Source: Gaiella sp. (GTDB lineage: Bacteria > Actinomycetota > Thermoleophilia > Gaiellales > Gaiellaceae). From it: a stretch of 64,000 bases of DNA. The stretch is taken from positions 7,050-71,049 of the forward strand of contig DATBIN010000043.1 of the NCBI GenBank assembly GCA_036556925.1. Direction: 5' to 3'. The notes below the pieces were generated by a model. That model was not told where the DNA came from. It made no database searches and saw nothing but the letters and a program-made list of their open reading frames with translations. Position numbers and translations under genes: made by a program. Numbering within the stretch: position 1 is the stretch's first letter; each line of letters starts with the position of its first letter. Of the stretch, positions 34,037 through 43,501 are shown in pieces.

Positions 34037-34900
34037 ATGCCCGAGCTGCCGGAGGTCGAGACGGTTCGCCGAGCGATGGCGCCGGTGCTCGAGGGCGGAG
34101 TGGTCACCGCCGCGACGATCCTCGACGAGCGCCTGACGAGGCCGTTCGATCCAGCTGCCGTGGCTGCGGAGCTCGTGGGCGAGCGCGTCTCGGCCGTCGA
34201 CCGTCGGGGCAAGTATCTGATCGTTCGATTCGAGAGCGGTCGTGTTCTCCTGGTGCACCTCCGTATGACGGGATCGTTCCGCGTCGCCGCTCGGGAGTCG
34301 CTGCCGGACGACCCGCATCGACGCGCCGTTCTCAGTATGGACAACAGATCGGACGTTGCGTACCGGGACGTGCGGCGCTTCGGCACCTGGGAGCTGCTCG
34401 AGCACGGCGAGCTCGAGCCGTACCTGAGCGACCGACTGGGCCCGGAGCCGCTCGACCACCGACTCACCGCAACAGGCCTCGGCGAGCGCCTCGCGGGCCG
34501 CCGTGCCCCTCTCAAGGCTGCGCTGCTCGACCAGCGGCGGCTGGCGGGGCTGGGGAACATCTACGTCGACGAGGCGCTCTGGCACGCACGGCTGCATCCG
34601 CTGCGGCCTGCGGGCTCGCTCGACCGGGAGGAGCTGATCCGCCTGCATCGCGCCATCCGTCGCGCGCTGCGCACGGGTATCGCGCGGCAGGGGGCCAGCC
34701 TTCGGGACTACGCGCGGCCGGACGGGTCCGACGGGCGCATGCAGGACGAGTTCAGAGCCTACGGTCGCGCCGGCGAGCCGTGCGACAGATGCCGGACGCC
34801 ACTCGAGCGCCTCGTCGTGGGCGGCCGCGGAACGACGTACTGCCCGTACTGCCAGCCCGGCCCGGCGCCGGCGGAGCCGGCCCGTACACTGGCCGAGTGA
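34037..34900 (+). CDS. mutM: Formamidopyrimidine-DNA glycosylase
   Basis: MPELPEVET, RRGKY, HLRMTG, D.RRFG, LLDQ..LAGLGNIY.DE, C-terminal C4 zinc finger. Confidence 0.97.
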   Translation: MPELPEVETVRRAMAPVLEGGVVTAATILDERLTRPFDPAAVAAELVGERVSAVDRRGKYLIVRFESGRVLLVHLRMTGSFRVAARESLPDDPHRRAVLSMDNRSDVAYRDVRRFGTWELLEHGELEPYLSDRLGPEPLDHRLTATGLGERLAGRRAPLKAALLDQRRLAGLGNIYVDEALWHARLHPLRPAGSLDREELIRLHRAIRRALRTGIARQGASLRDYARPDGSDGRMQDEFRAYGRAGEPCDRCRTPLERLVVGGRGTTYCPYCQPGPAPAEPARTLAE

Positions 34901-35637
34901 GCCGTACGTCGACCACGGAGGCGGTCATCCTCCGTTCCTTCCGGCTCGGCGAGGCGGACCGGGTCCTGCATCTCTACACCGAGGACAGGGGCCGTGTCGG
35001 CGCCGTGGCGAAGGGGGTTCGCAAGACGAAGAGCCGCTTCGGCGGCCGCCTGGAGCCGTTCTCGCACGTGGAGCTCGTGCTCCATCGCGGCCGGGGCGAG
35101 CTGCGGACGGTCACGGGAGCCGCTCTCCTGCGCGCCCACGACCGAATCCGGACCGAGCCGTACAGGCTGCAGGTGGGGTTGATCGGGCTCGAGGCCATGC
35201 TCCGCCTGTTCACGGAGGAGGAGCCGAACGAGCGTGGCTTCCTGGCGCTGACACGCTTCCTGGACGCGCTGGACGACGCCCCGAGCCGGGCGCCCCTCCG
35301 GCCGGCGCTGGATCCGCTCGCGCTGTCCTTCCAGCTCAAGCTGCTCTGGCTCTCCGGCTACCTGCCGCATCTCGAGAGCTGCGTCGAGTGCGGCGCCGAG
35401 GAGGAGCTGACGACGTACGTGCCCTCCGCCGGCGGTGCGGTCTGTGCCGCCTGCGACCCGGGCGGGATCCGGCTCTCGCCGGACGGGCTGCGGGGCATCG
35501 GGGCCCTCGTCCACACCCCCATGGCCGACGCAGGATCGGCCGGCCTGAGTGAGCGAGCGAGCCGCGAGGCGCTCGCCGTCGTGACGGCGTCGTACGAGCA
35601 CCACGGCGGCTTTCGCCTGCGAACCGTGTCGGCCTGA
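34897..35637 (+). CDS. recO: DNA repair protein RecO
   Basis: EAVILR...GEADR, AKGVRKTKSRFGGRLEPF, GYLP.L..CVECG...CAAC. Confidence 0.95.
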   Translation: MSRTSTTEAVILRSFRLGEADRVLHLYTEDRGRVGAVAKGVRKTKSRFGGRLEPFSHVELVLHRGRGELRTVTGAALLRAHDRIRTEPYRLQVGLIGLEAMLRLFTEEEPNERGFLALTRFLDALDDAPSRAPLRPALDPLALSFQLKLLWLSGYLPHLESCVECGAEEELTTYVPSAGGAVCAACDPGGIRLSPDGLRGIGALVHTPMADAGSAGLSERASREALAVVTASYEHHGGFRLRTVSA

Positions 35638-35834
35638 GCTCGCGCGCTCGTCCGGCACGTCGCCACGGAGTCGACGGGGCTGGACGTCGCCGGCGGCGCT
35701 CTGTCGACACGAAATCGGCACGGTGTCGTCTCACCTGCGCCGGTGCTGCGACGATAGGCTCGAGCCGTGGGGAGGAGGACGGTGGCCCGAAGGCCCCGCC
35801 TCTGGCCATGTCCCCTGCGGACGGGTGCCGCTGA

Positions 35835-36407
35835 CTAGAAGCGCTCGAGCACGCCGTGGAGCGCGTGCTCCGCGATGAGCTGTGGCCGGAGCTCGTTGCG
35901 ACCGGGGGACGGCTCGCGACGTATCACCCCGTCCTCGTCGAGCCGGTACTGTCCCACCCAGTCGAGCCGCGGCGAGTACACGTGGATCGTCACCGCCGGC
36001 TCACCCTCGACGTGCTCCACACGATGGATGTACCCGGGGCCGCCGTGCCGCGAGGCGCCGGCCTCCAGCCGGCGCTCGACAGGCGGGCCGCCGTACCGCA
36101 GCACGTCCTCCTGCACGACGCCCTGGGCGACGCTGAGGCCGACGGAAGAGATGTAGTGGTCGTGGAACCCGGTCGCCTGGCCCGGCATCCAGGACAGCAC
36201 CCAGGCGTCCATGCGGTCGTCCTCGTAGACCAGCTCGTAGCGCCGCCGCTCGCGGTCGACGTGCGTGAGTGGCCGCCAGATGTCATCGCGCGCGGCGATC
36301 CCGGCCGCCAGGGCCCCGAGCTCCTCCTCGGAGAGGAGCCCGCCGTGCGGCACCAGCTCGTCGAGCGAGGTGAGTGACGGCACGAATACCGGTGCTGTGA
36401 TGTCCAT
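35835..36407 (-). CDS. Cysteine/thiol dioxygenase family protein
   Basis: SWMPGQATGFHDH, YIHRV, TIHVYSP (3-His facial triad plus Tyr). Confidence 0.85.
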   Translation of the reverse strand: MDITAPVFVPSLTSLDELVPHGGLLSEEELGALAAGIAARDDIWRPLTHVDRERRRYELVYEDDRMDAWVLSWMPGQATGFHDHYISSVGLSVAQGVVQEDVLRYGGPPVERRLEAGASRHGGPGYIHRVEHVEGEPAVTIHVYSPRLDWVGQYRLDEDGVIRREPSPGRNELRPQLIAEHALHGVLERF

Positions 36408-36500
36408 CGTTCTGATCGTACTCCGGGGTCTCGAGTGCGCCGGGAACGGTCACCGGCTCGAGCAGCCGGGCCGCCCGCGCCAAACAGGGCTCTAGTGACG

Positions 36501-36959
36501 TTACGCCGGCGGGCGGCGATCGGATCGCGACCGTGGCTTCGTCACGCGGACGAGCGCCTCGCGCGGCTCCGGCAACAGCGACCTGTTGCGCACGAGCCAG
36601 GCGGCGATCGCGCCGAAGAGGAGCACGATTCCGACCACCGCGAACACGTCGGCGAGGTTGAACGCCAGGAATCCGCGCTCCCCCTGGACGACGATCGGAT
36701 TCGGGACGTAGAGGTCGTTCCACGCTGCCGACATGACGTTGCCGAGGACCCCTGCGGCGAGCAGCCCGGCGGCGGGAGGGACGAGCGCCGACGGGACCCG
36801 GGTCACCAGCAGCAGCACCGGGAGGAGGGTGAGGCAGAGCAGGATCCAGCCGGCCGAGCGCTCGTGGTACGCCCACGGAGGTGTCGCGGCGATCGTCTTG
36901 AGCCAGAGGTCGGCGGCCGCCAGCGGGAGGGCCACGGCAAGGAGGACGGCCACCCTCAT
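36501..36959 (-). CDS. Signal peptidase II (LspA)-like membrane protein, degenerate
   Basis: D..LK, G.LGN, AFNLADV and 4 TM segments; VVDF motif appears as VPNP. Confidence 0.7.
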   Translation of the reverse strand: MRVAVLLAVALPLAAADLWLKTIAATPPWAYHERSAGWILLCLTLLPVLLLVTRVPSALVPPAAGLLAAGVLGNVMSAAWNDLYVPNPIVVQGERGFLAFNLADVFAVVGIVLLFGAIAAWLVRNRSLLPEPREALVRVTKPRSRSDRRPPA

Positions 36960-37011
36960 CGGTCGAAGGTACCAGGCCGGCGCATGTCTGCGCGGCTGCG
37001 ACGATGGTGCC

Positions 37012-37437
37012 ATGTGGAAGTCGCTCGCGGACGGCTACGAGCTCGACGACGATCCGGCCAGGATCGACCGCGAGGCCGTCCACGCCTACCTGAGCGGGGA
37101 GTCCTACTGGGCGGCGGGACGGCCGCGCGAGGTGATGGACGAGCTCATCGACCGAGCGGCCCGGGTGGTCGGTCTCTACCACGAGGGAGCGCTCGTCGGC
37201 TTCACGCGAACCGTCTCCGACACCCACACGGTCTCGTACCTCGCCGACGTGTTCGTGCTGCCCGCGCACCGCGGCACCGGGCTCGGCGTCGAGCTCGTGC
37301 GCTTCACGGTGGACGAGGGCCCGTTCGCCGGTACGAAGTGGCTGCTGCACACCCGCGACGCGCACGAGCTCTACCGGAAGGTGGGATTCGACGTTCCCGA
37401 CCCGAGGACGATGGAGAGATGGCCGGAGGTGGATTAG
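37012..37437 (+). CDS. GNAT N-acetyltransferase
   Basis: SYWA.GR, VGFTR.VSD, YLADVFVLPAHRGTGLG, LHTRDAH.LY.K.GF. Confidence 0.9.
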   Translation: MWKSLADGYELDDDPARIDREAVHAYLSGESYWAAGRPREVMDELIDRAARVVGLYHEGALVGFTRTVSDTHTVSYLADVFVLPAHRGTGLGVELVRFTVDEGPFAGTKWLLHTRDAHELYRKVGFDVPDPRTMERWPEVD

Positions 37438-37603
37438 ATGGGTGATGCCACGACATGGTCTGTAGCAGGGCGGCGCGGGACGGCCGCTCTCGGAGCGGAG
37501 GTCTCCGGCGGGGCCCCGAAGCGGCCGCAGCAGAGACGGGAGCGGCCGAGACGCGCCAGATCGCGCATCCGCGCACGCGAGATCGTGGCATCGACCATCT
37601 AGC

Positions 37604-38473
37604 ATGTCCGACCCCATGCCCCTGAGCTTCCAGGACATGATCGCGCGCCTGCAGGCCTACTGGGCCGAGCGGGGCTGCGTGATCATGCAGCCGTACCACA
37701 CGGAGGTCGGCGCGGGTACGTTCAATCCGGCCACCGTGCTCCGCTGCCTCGGCCCTCAGCCGTGGCGGACGTTCTACGTCGAGCCGAGCTTCCGGCCTAC
37801 CGACGGACGCTACGGCGAGAACCCGTACCGGCTCCAGCACTACTACCAGGGCCAGGTGATCCTGAAGCCGGCCCCCGATGACGTGCTCGACCAGTACTTC
37901 GGCTCGCTCGAGGCGATCGGCGTGGACACGAAGACGCACGACCTGCGCCTCGTCGAGGACGACTGGGAGGGACCGACGCTCGGAGCGTGGGGCCTGGGCT
38001 GGGAGGTGTGGCTCGACGGCATGGAGGTGACGCAGTTCACGTTCTTCCAGCAGGTGGGCGGCCTCGACCTCGACCTCGTGCCGGCGGAGATCACCTACGG
38101 GTTGGAGCGGCTGGCCATGTTCATCCAGGGCAAGGACAGCCTTTGGGACATCGAGTGGACCTCGGGCTTCACCTACGCGGACGTTGCGCGCGAGAGCGAG
38201 CGGCAGTTCTCGGCCTACAACTTCGAGCAGGCCCCGGTGGAGACGCTCATGCGCCGCTTCGCCGAGCACGAGCAGGAGTGCGCGCAGCTCCTCGAGGCCG
38301 GGTTGCCGCTCCCCGCCTACGACCAGGTGTTGAAGGCCTCGCACGTGTTCAACCTGCTCGACGCGCGCGGCGCCATCTCGGTCACCGAGCGGGCGCAGTA
38401 CATCGGCCGCGTCCGCAACCTCGCGCGCGCGGTCTGCGAGGCGTACCTGGCACGCGAGCGGGAGGCCGCGTGA
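37604..38473 (+). CDS. glyQ: Glycine--tRNA ligase alpha subunit
   Basis: [65 protein letters not shown]. Confidence 0.98.
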   Translation: MSDPMPLSFQDMIARLQAYWAERGCVIMQPYHTEVGAGTFNPATVLRCLGPQPWRTFYVEPSFRPTDGRYGENPYRLQHYYQGQVILKPAPDDVLDQYFGSLEAIGVDTKTHDLRLVEDDWEGPTLGAWGLGWEVWLDGMEVTQFTFFQQVGGLDLDLVPAEITYGLERLAMFIQGKDSLWDIEWTSGFTYADVARESERQFSAYNFEQAPVETLMRRFAEHEQECAQLLEAGLPLPAYDQVLKASHVFNLLDARGAISVTERAQYIGRVRNLARAVCEAYLAREREAA

Positions 38474-38600
38474 GCTGCTCGGCCGCAGGCGGGGGCCGCG
38501 CCCTGCCGCCGAGCTCGGGGCGGACGAGCACGACGGCCCACGGAGGACTGCGCGTGGCTCCCCCGCGACCGCAGTCGCGGGCGGGGACGAGGAGGGCCGC

Positions 38601-40430
38601 ATGACGGACCTGCTCGTGGAGATCGGCTGCGACGAGCTGCCGTCCGCCGCGGTGTACGAGGCCGCGGAGCAGCTGCCGGCGCTCGTCCGCGAGCACCTCG
38701 GCGCCGAGCCGAGCGAGGTGTTCCTCGGCCCGCGACGGATCGCCGCACTCGTATTCGACCTCCCGACGACGACGCCCGAGGAATGGATCGCCGGCCCGCC
38801 CACCCGCGTGGGGCCGAAGGCGGCGGAGGGCTTCGCCCGCAAGCTCGGCGTCTCGCAGGACGACCTCGAGGAGCGCGACGGCGTGTGGGGCTGGGTCAAG
38901 CCGCCGCAGCCGGTCGCGGAGACGCTCGCGACCCGCGTGGACGCGATCGTCCGCGGCTTCGCCTTCTCCAAGTCGATGGTCTGGGAGGCGGGCGGGATCC
39001 GGTTCTCGCGACCCGTGCGCTGGACGCTCGCGGTCCTGGGCGACGAGGTCGTGGTCGGCGAGTCCTCCTTCGGCCACCGCTTCGCCTCGCAGGGGTCGGT
39101 CGCGATCCCGAGCGCGGGGACGTACGCCGAGACCCTGCGCGGTGCGAGCGTCGAGCCGTCGCTCGAGGAACGCCGCCGGAGGGTCGTCGCAGGGCTCGCC
39201 GGGCTCGGCGACTGGCGCGATCCGGCCAACGTCCTCGACGAGGTGGTGAACCTCGTGGAATGGCCGAGCGTGCACGAGGGCACCTTCGACGAGCGCTTCC
39301 TGCGGTTGCCGCCGCTCGTCGTCGAGACGGCGATGCAGTCGCACCAGCGCTACTTCCCCCTGGGCGCCAACCGCTTTGCCTTCGTCGCCAACGGCGGTGA
39401 CCCGGCGGTCGTCACGGCGGGGAACGAGCGCGTGCTCGCAGGCAGGCTCGAGGACGCCGAGTTCACGTTCGAGCGGGACGTGGCGCACGGGATCGAAGCG
39501 CTCGCGGGCCGGCTCGCCACGATCACCTTCCTGCGGGGCGCCGGCTCCTACGCCGACAAGACGTCGCGCCTCGTCGAGTGGGTCGTGGCGCTCGGCGGGG
39601 ACGAGACCGCGATCGCGGCGGCGCACCTGGCCAAGGCCGACCAGGCCGCGGAGCTCGTGCGCGAGTTCCCCGAGCTCGAGGGCCACATCGGCGCCGTCTA
39701 CGCGCGCCTCGCAGGAGTGCCGGAGGAGGTCTGTCTCGCGATCGAGGAGCACTACCTGCCCGACGGCGCCGATGCGCCGCTGCCCTCGACGGAGGCGGGG
39801 CGGGTGCTCTCGGCCGCCGACAAGCTCGACACGCTGACCGTCGCGTTCGGCCTCGGGCACCGTCCCACCGGCTCGCGTGACCCCTACGCGCTGCGACGCG
39901 CGGCGATCGCGGTGTGCCGCCTCGCCGTCGAGGGCGGGCTCGCGCTCCGGATCGAGGACCCCGAGGTCCGCGCCTTCGTCGAGGAGCGGCTCGAAGGCCT
40001 GCTCGAGGCGCCGGTCGAGGTGGTGCGGGCGGCCCGCGGCGCGGGGAGCGACGACCTGCGCGAGATCGCAGCGCTGGCCGTGTTCCTCGCCGGTCTCGAC
40101 GACGAGCGCCTGGCTCCGGTGCACGAGGTGTACACGCGTGCGGCGCGGATCGTCGGCGACGCGGAGGACGGCGAGCTCGTCAACAAGCTGCTGCTCAAGG
40201 AGGACGCCGAGCAGGTCCTGGCGGACGCGATCGAGGCCTTCGAGCCGAGCGGCGAGCTCGAGGCCGACTTCGAGGCTGCAGGCCGGCTCGCGCCGATCGT
40301 GGAGCGCTTCTTCGAGGACGTCCTCGTGATGGACAAGGACGAGCAGGTGCGCGCCAACCGCCTGCGGCTGCTCCGCGACGTGCGCGACAAGGTCGGCCGG
40401 CTGGGCGACTTCTCCCAGATCCCGCGCTGA
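38601..40430 (+). CDS. glyS: Glycine--tRNA ligase beta subunit (compact, 609 aa)
   Basis: LLVEIG.DELP, FSRPVRW, HQRYFP, GNERVL..RL.DA.F, EFPELEG, EHYLP, PTGSRDPYALRR, RANRLRLL. Confidence 0.95.
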   Translation: MTDLLVEIGCDELPSAAVYEAAEQLPALVREHLGAEPSEVFLGPRRIAALVFDLPTTTPEEWIAGPPTRVGPKAAEGFARKLGVSQDDLEERDGVWGWVKPPQPVAETLATRVDAIVRGFAFSKSMVWEAGGIRFSRPVRWTLAVLGDEVVVGESSFGHRFASQGSVAIPSAGTYAETLRGASVEPSLEERRRRVVAGLAGLGDWRDPANVLDEVVNLVEWPSVHEGTFDERFLRLPPLVVETAMQSHQRYFPLGANRFAFVANGGDPAVVTAGNERVLAGRLEDAEFTFERDVAHGIEALAGRLATITFLRGAGSYADKTSRLVEWVVALGGDETAIAAAHLAKADQAAELVREFPELEGHIGAVYARLAGVPEEVCLAIEEHYLPDGADAPLPSTEAGRVLSAADKLDTLTVAFGLGHRPTGSRDPYALRRAAIAVCRLAVEGGLALRIEDPEVRAFVEERLEGLLEAPVEVVRAARGAGSDDLREIAALAVFLAGLDDERLAPVHEVYTRAARIVGDAEDGELVNKLLLKEDAEQVLADAIEAFEPSGELEADFEAAGRLAPIVERFFEDVLVMDKDEQVRANRLRLLRDVRDKVGRLGDFSQIPR

Positions 40431-40445
40431 GAGCAGCGGGGCGAC

Positions 40446-40910
40446 GTGGCCGGACGCACCCCCGCGATCGCGGCCGCGGAGAAGGCGGGGATCGCGTTCC
40501 GCCTGCACCCGTACGAGCACGACCCGTCCGCCGCCTCGTACGGGTTGGAGGCGGCCGAGAAGCTCGACGTCGACGAGGCGCGCGTGTTCAAGACGCTCGT
40601 CGTCACGGTGACGGGGACACTGACCGTCGCCGTCGTCCCGGTCGCCGCCCAGGTCGATCTCCGTGCTCTCGGCAAGCGCGCGGCGCTGGCGGAGGCGAAG
40701 GATGCCGAGCGGGCGACGGGCTACGTGCTCGGCGGCATCAGCCCGCTCGGCCAGCGCAGGCCACTGCCCACGATCCTGGACGAGTCCGCGCTCGCCTTCG
40801 ACTCGATCTACGTCTCGGCGGGCCGTCGCGGTCTCGAGCTCGAGCTGGCGCCCCGGGACCTCGTCGCCCTCACCGGAGCGCGGGTCGCCGCGATAGCCTC
40901 GCGCCGGTGA
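40446..40910 (+). CDS. ybaK: Cys-tRNA(Pro) deacylase YbaK
   Basis: TPAI, H.YEHD, VFKTLV, TGYVLGGISPLGQ, SAGRRGL. Confidence 0.93.
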   Translation: MAGRTPAIAAAEKAGIAFRLHPYEHDPSAASYGLEAAEKLDVDEARVFKTLVVTVTGTLTVAVVPVAAQVDLRALGKRAALAEAKDAERATGYVLGGISPLGQRRPLPTILDESALAFDSIYVSAGRRGLELELAPRDLVALTGARVAAIASRR

Positions 40911-41740
40911 GCAACGAGCGCCAGCCGGTCGAGCTCCACATCGTCTCCGACGCGACGGGCGAGACGGCCGCACGCCTGGTGCTCGCGCTCGAGGCCCAGT
41001 TCCCGGAACAGCCCTTCGAGGAGATCCGGCACCCCCGCGTGGAGACGGTCGAGGACCTCCACATCGCCGTGCGCGAGGCGAGGGGACGTCCCGCGGTGAT
41101 GGTGTACACGCTCGTCGAGCCCGCGCTGCGCGAGGCGATGCGCCAGCTCTGCCGCCGCGCGCGCGTCCACTACTGCGACCTGCTCGGGCACCCGATCGAC
41201 TCGATCGCGCGGGTCTCCGGCATGGCCGCGCGCATGACCCCGGGCGCGCGCCCCCCGCTCGATCACACGTACTTCCGGCGCATCGAGGCGATCGAGTTCG
41301 CCGTGAAGTACGACGACGGCGTGGGGGGCGGGCTCGACGAGGCCGACCTCGTGCTCGTCGGAGTCTCGCGCACTTCGAAGACGCCGCTCTCGATGTACCT
41401 CGGCTACCTCGGCTACAAGGCGGCCAACGTGCCCATCGTGACGGGGGTGGATCCGCCCAAGTCGCTCTTCGAGATCAATCCCGCCAAGATCGTGGGCCTC
41501 ACGATCGATGCCCAGCGCCTGGCGGAGATCCGCGAGCTGCGCGTGCAGAGCATGGGCGCGCCGCGACGCCGGTACGCGGACCTGAACGCCGTCTACGAGG
41601 AGCTCGAGAGGGCCGCGGATGTGCACCGCAGGCTCGGCTGCCCGGTGATCGACGTCTCGGAGCTCTCGGTGGAGGAGACGGCGATGCGCGTCGTGAAGCT
41701 CGTCGACGAGCGCTGGCGGAACAGGGAGCCGCGCGTGTGA
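40907..41740 (+). CDS. Pyruvate, phosphate dikinase regulatory protein (DUF299 kinase/pyrophosphorylase)
   Basis: VSDATGETA, YFRRIEAIEFAVKYDDG, LVGVSRTSKTPLSMYL, SVEETA; ppdK nearby. Confidence 0.95.
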   Translation: MSNERQPVELHIVSDATGETAARLVLALEAQFPEQPFEEIRHPRVETVEDLHIAVREARGRPAVMVYTLVEPALREAMRQLCRRARVHYCDLLGHPIDSIARVSGMAARMTPGARPPLDHTYFRRIEAIEFAVKYDDGVGGGLDEADLVLVGVSRTSKTPLSMYLGYLGYKAANVPIVTGVDPPKSLFEINPAKIVGLTIDAQRLAEIRELRVQSMGAPRRRYADLNAVYEELERAADVHRRLGCPVIDVSELSVEETAMRVVKLVDERWRNREPRV

Positions 41741-41937
41741 GCGGGACGAGCCGGTGGCGCTCGCAGGGGCGGACGCTGCAGGACAAGGGCTGGGCGCCGC
41801 TGCGCTACTGGGTGCTCTGGCTGTCGACGCTTGCGGTCGCGATCGTCATCTTCTACGTGTTGCTGACGCCGATCTGGCTGGGGCTGCGTGCGGCGGCCTG
41901 GGCCGCCGAGCTCCGATCCCGCCTGCGGCGCGCCTGA
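41737..41937 (+). CDS. Small membrane protein (66 aa)
   Basis: GTGA-coupled to PDRP; one long Trp-rich hydrophobic segment. Confidence 0.65.
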   Translation: MSGTSRWRSQGRTLQDKGWAPLRYWVLWLSTLAVAIVIFYVLLTPIWLGLRAAAWAAELRSRLRRA

Positions 41938-43446
41938 TCACGACGCGGGCGCAGGATCGAGACGGAACACGTCGCCGGCCAGGGAGACGACGTACACCCT
42001 GCCCAGACCGTCCACGCCGAAGCTCTCGAGCTGCGGCACGGTGACGCCGAGGTCGTCTGTGCGGGCCACCGCCTCACCGTCGAGCGTGAGCACGGCGATG
42101 CGCTCGCCGCAGAAGTCGCCGTACAGGTAGCGGCCGTCGAGCGCCGGCAGCCGCGGGTCCCGGACGACGACACCGCCGATGACGGCACACAGGCCACCCT
42201 CGCGCGGGATGTCGACGAGCGGCGGCACCGGCGCGACGCACGTGGCGGTGCCGCCGAAGGGGACGCCGCCCTCGAAGCAGGGCCAGCCGAAGTTGCGCCC
42301 GGTCTGGCCGCGGAGCGCGATGTCGATCTCCTCGCGCTGCCCGAGGCCGACGTCGCCGATCAGCATCGTCCCCGTGGGCGGGTCGATCCAGAAGCGCCAC
42401 GGGTTGCGCAGCCCGTACGCCCAGATCTCCGGGCGCACCCCCGCCATGCCGACGAAGGGGTTGTCCGCCGGAACCGCGTACGGGTCTCCGCCACGCGGGT
42501 CGATCCGCAGGATGTTGCCGAGGAGGTCGTCGCGCGTCTGCGCGAAGCGGCCGGGCGGGCCGAGCACGCCGCTGTCGCCGTCGCCCACGCTGACGTAGAG
42601 GTAGCCGTCGGGGCCGAACTGGAGCATGCCGCCGTTGTGGTTCTCCCACGGCTTGACGACGTTCAGGACCTGCCGCGCCGTGCCCGGGTCGAGAAGGTCC
42701 GGGTTGGCCGTCGTGCGCCGGTACTCGACCACGTTGACGTTCCCGTTGCCGACGCGGTCGTTGTAGAAGACGTAGGCGCGTCCGCTCGTCGCGTAATCCG
42801 GGGCGAAGGCGAGCGAGAGGAGGCCGGTCTCGCTGACGAGCGTGACGCGGTCGCGGATGTCGAGGAACGGCGCCTCCTGGACGACGCCGTCCTTGATCAG
42901 CTTCACCGTCCCGGCCTGCTCGACCACGAAGATGCGCCCGTCGTCCGCCGGTGCGGCGACGTGCACCGGGCGTTCGAAGGTGCCGACCTTCGTCAGCCGC
43001 ACGAGCGACGAGACGTCCACCGCAGGGGGCTCCGGAGGCGGCTCGGGCGGAGGGGGCTGCGCGACGGCGAAGGCGCCCTTCATGCCGAGCCGGGCGTGCC
43101 CCTGGAGGCTGCAGAGGAAGCGGAACGTTCCCTTCCGCGGAAAGGTGACGGCGATCGTCTGCGTCGCACCGTGGGCGAGGACGCGCGTGCGCCTGCCGCG
43201 GATGACGAAGTCGTGCGTCACGGCGCCCCGGTTGCGGACGACGAAGCGTACGGTCGTCCCCGCCGGCACCGAGCGCCGCGAGAGCTTGAAGGAGAAGTCG
43301 CGAGCGTCGACGCGGACGGTGACGACCGCCCGCTCGGAGGCGACCGCGCCGGCACACGCCGTCAGCGCGGCTACGACCGCGACCGCCACCGCGGCGCCGC
43401 GAGGGGCGCGCGGCGGGCGCTCGACGACTGCTTCGGCCCGCTCCAC
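41938..43446 (-). CDS. Lipoprotein: cupredoxin domain + PQQ-dependent sugar dehydrogenase (GSDH) beta-propeller
   Basis: LTAC lipobox; HDF...C-x4-H-x4-M type-1 Cu ligands; Pro linker; ETGLLSLAF, NHNGG..FGPDGYLY, GNILRID, WAYGLRNPWR, DVG...EE, NFGWP. Confidence 0.88.
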   Translation of the reverse strand: MERAEAVVERPPRAPRGAAVAVAVVAALTACAGAVASERAVVTVRVDARDFSFKLSRRSVPAGTTVRFVVRNRGAVTHDFVIRGRRTRVLAHGATQTIAVTFPRKGTFRFLCSLQGHARLGMKGAFAVAQPPPPEPPPEPPAVDVSSLVRLTKVGTFERPVHVAAPADDGRIFVVEQAGTVKLIKDGVVQEAPFLDIRDRVTLVSETGLLSLAFAPDYATSGRAYVFYNDRVGNGNVNVVEYRRTTANPDLLDPGTARQVLNVVKPWENHNGGMLQFGPDGYLYVSVGDGDSGVLGPPGRFAQTRDDLLGNILRIDPRGGDPYAVPADNPFVGMAGVRPEIWAYGLRNPWRFWIDPPTGTMLIGDVGLGQREEIDIALRGQTGRNFGWPCFEGGVPFGGTATCVAPVPPLVDIPREGGLCAVIGGVVVRDPRLPALDGRYLYGDFCGERIAVLTLDGEAVARTDDLGVTVPQLESFGVDGLGRVYVVSLAGDVFRLDPAPAS

Positions 43447-43501
43447 GTGTGGCGATGCTAGGACGGCCGTGTAAGGAAGTCGTGAACCGTACGATCCCGC
43501 G

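Noticed and set aside
36408-36500. Possible SAM riboswitch upstream of the thiol dioxygenase
   Set aside because: No SAM-I/IV core recognised; a -10 hexamer 7 nt before the ATG suggests a leaderless mRNA
37438-37603. Possible T-box leader upstream of glyQ
   Set aside because: No T-box consensus (GGTGGNACCGCG), AG/GA motif or terminator is visible
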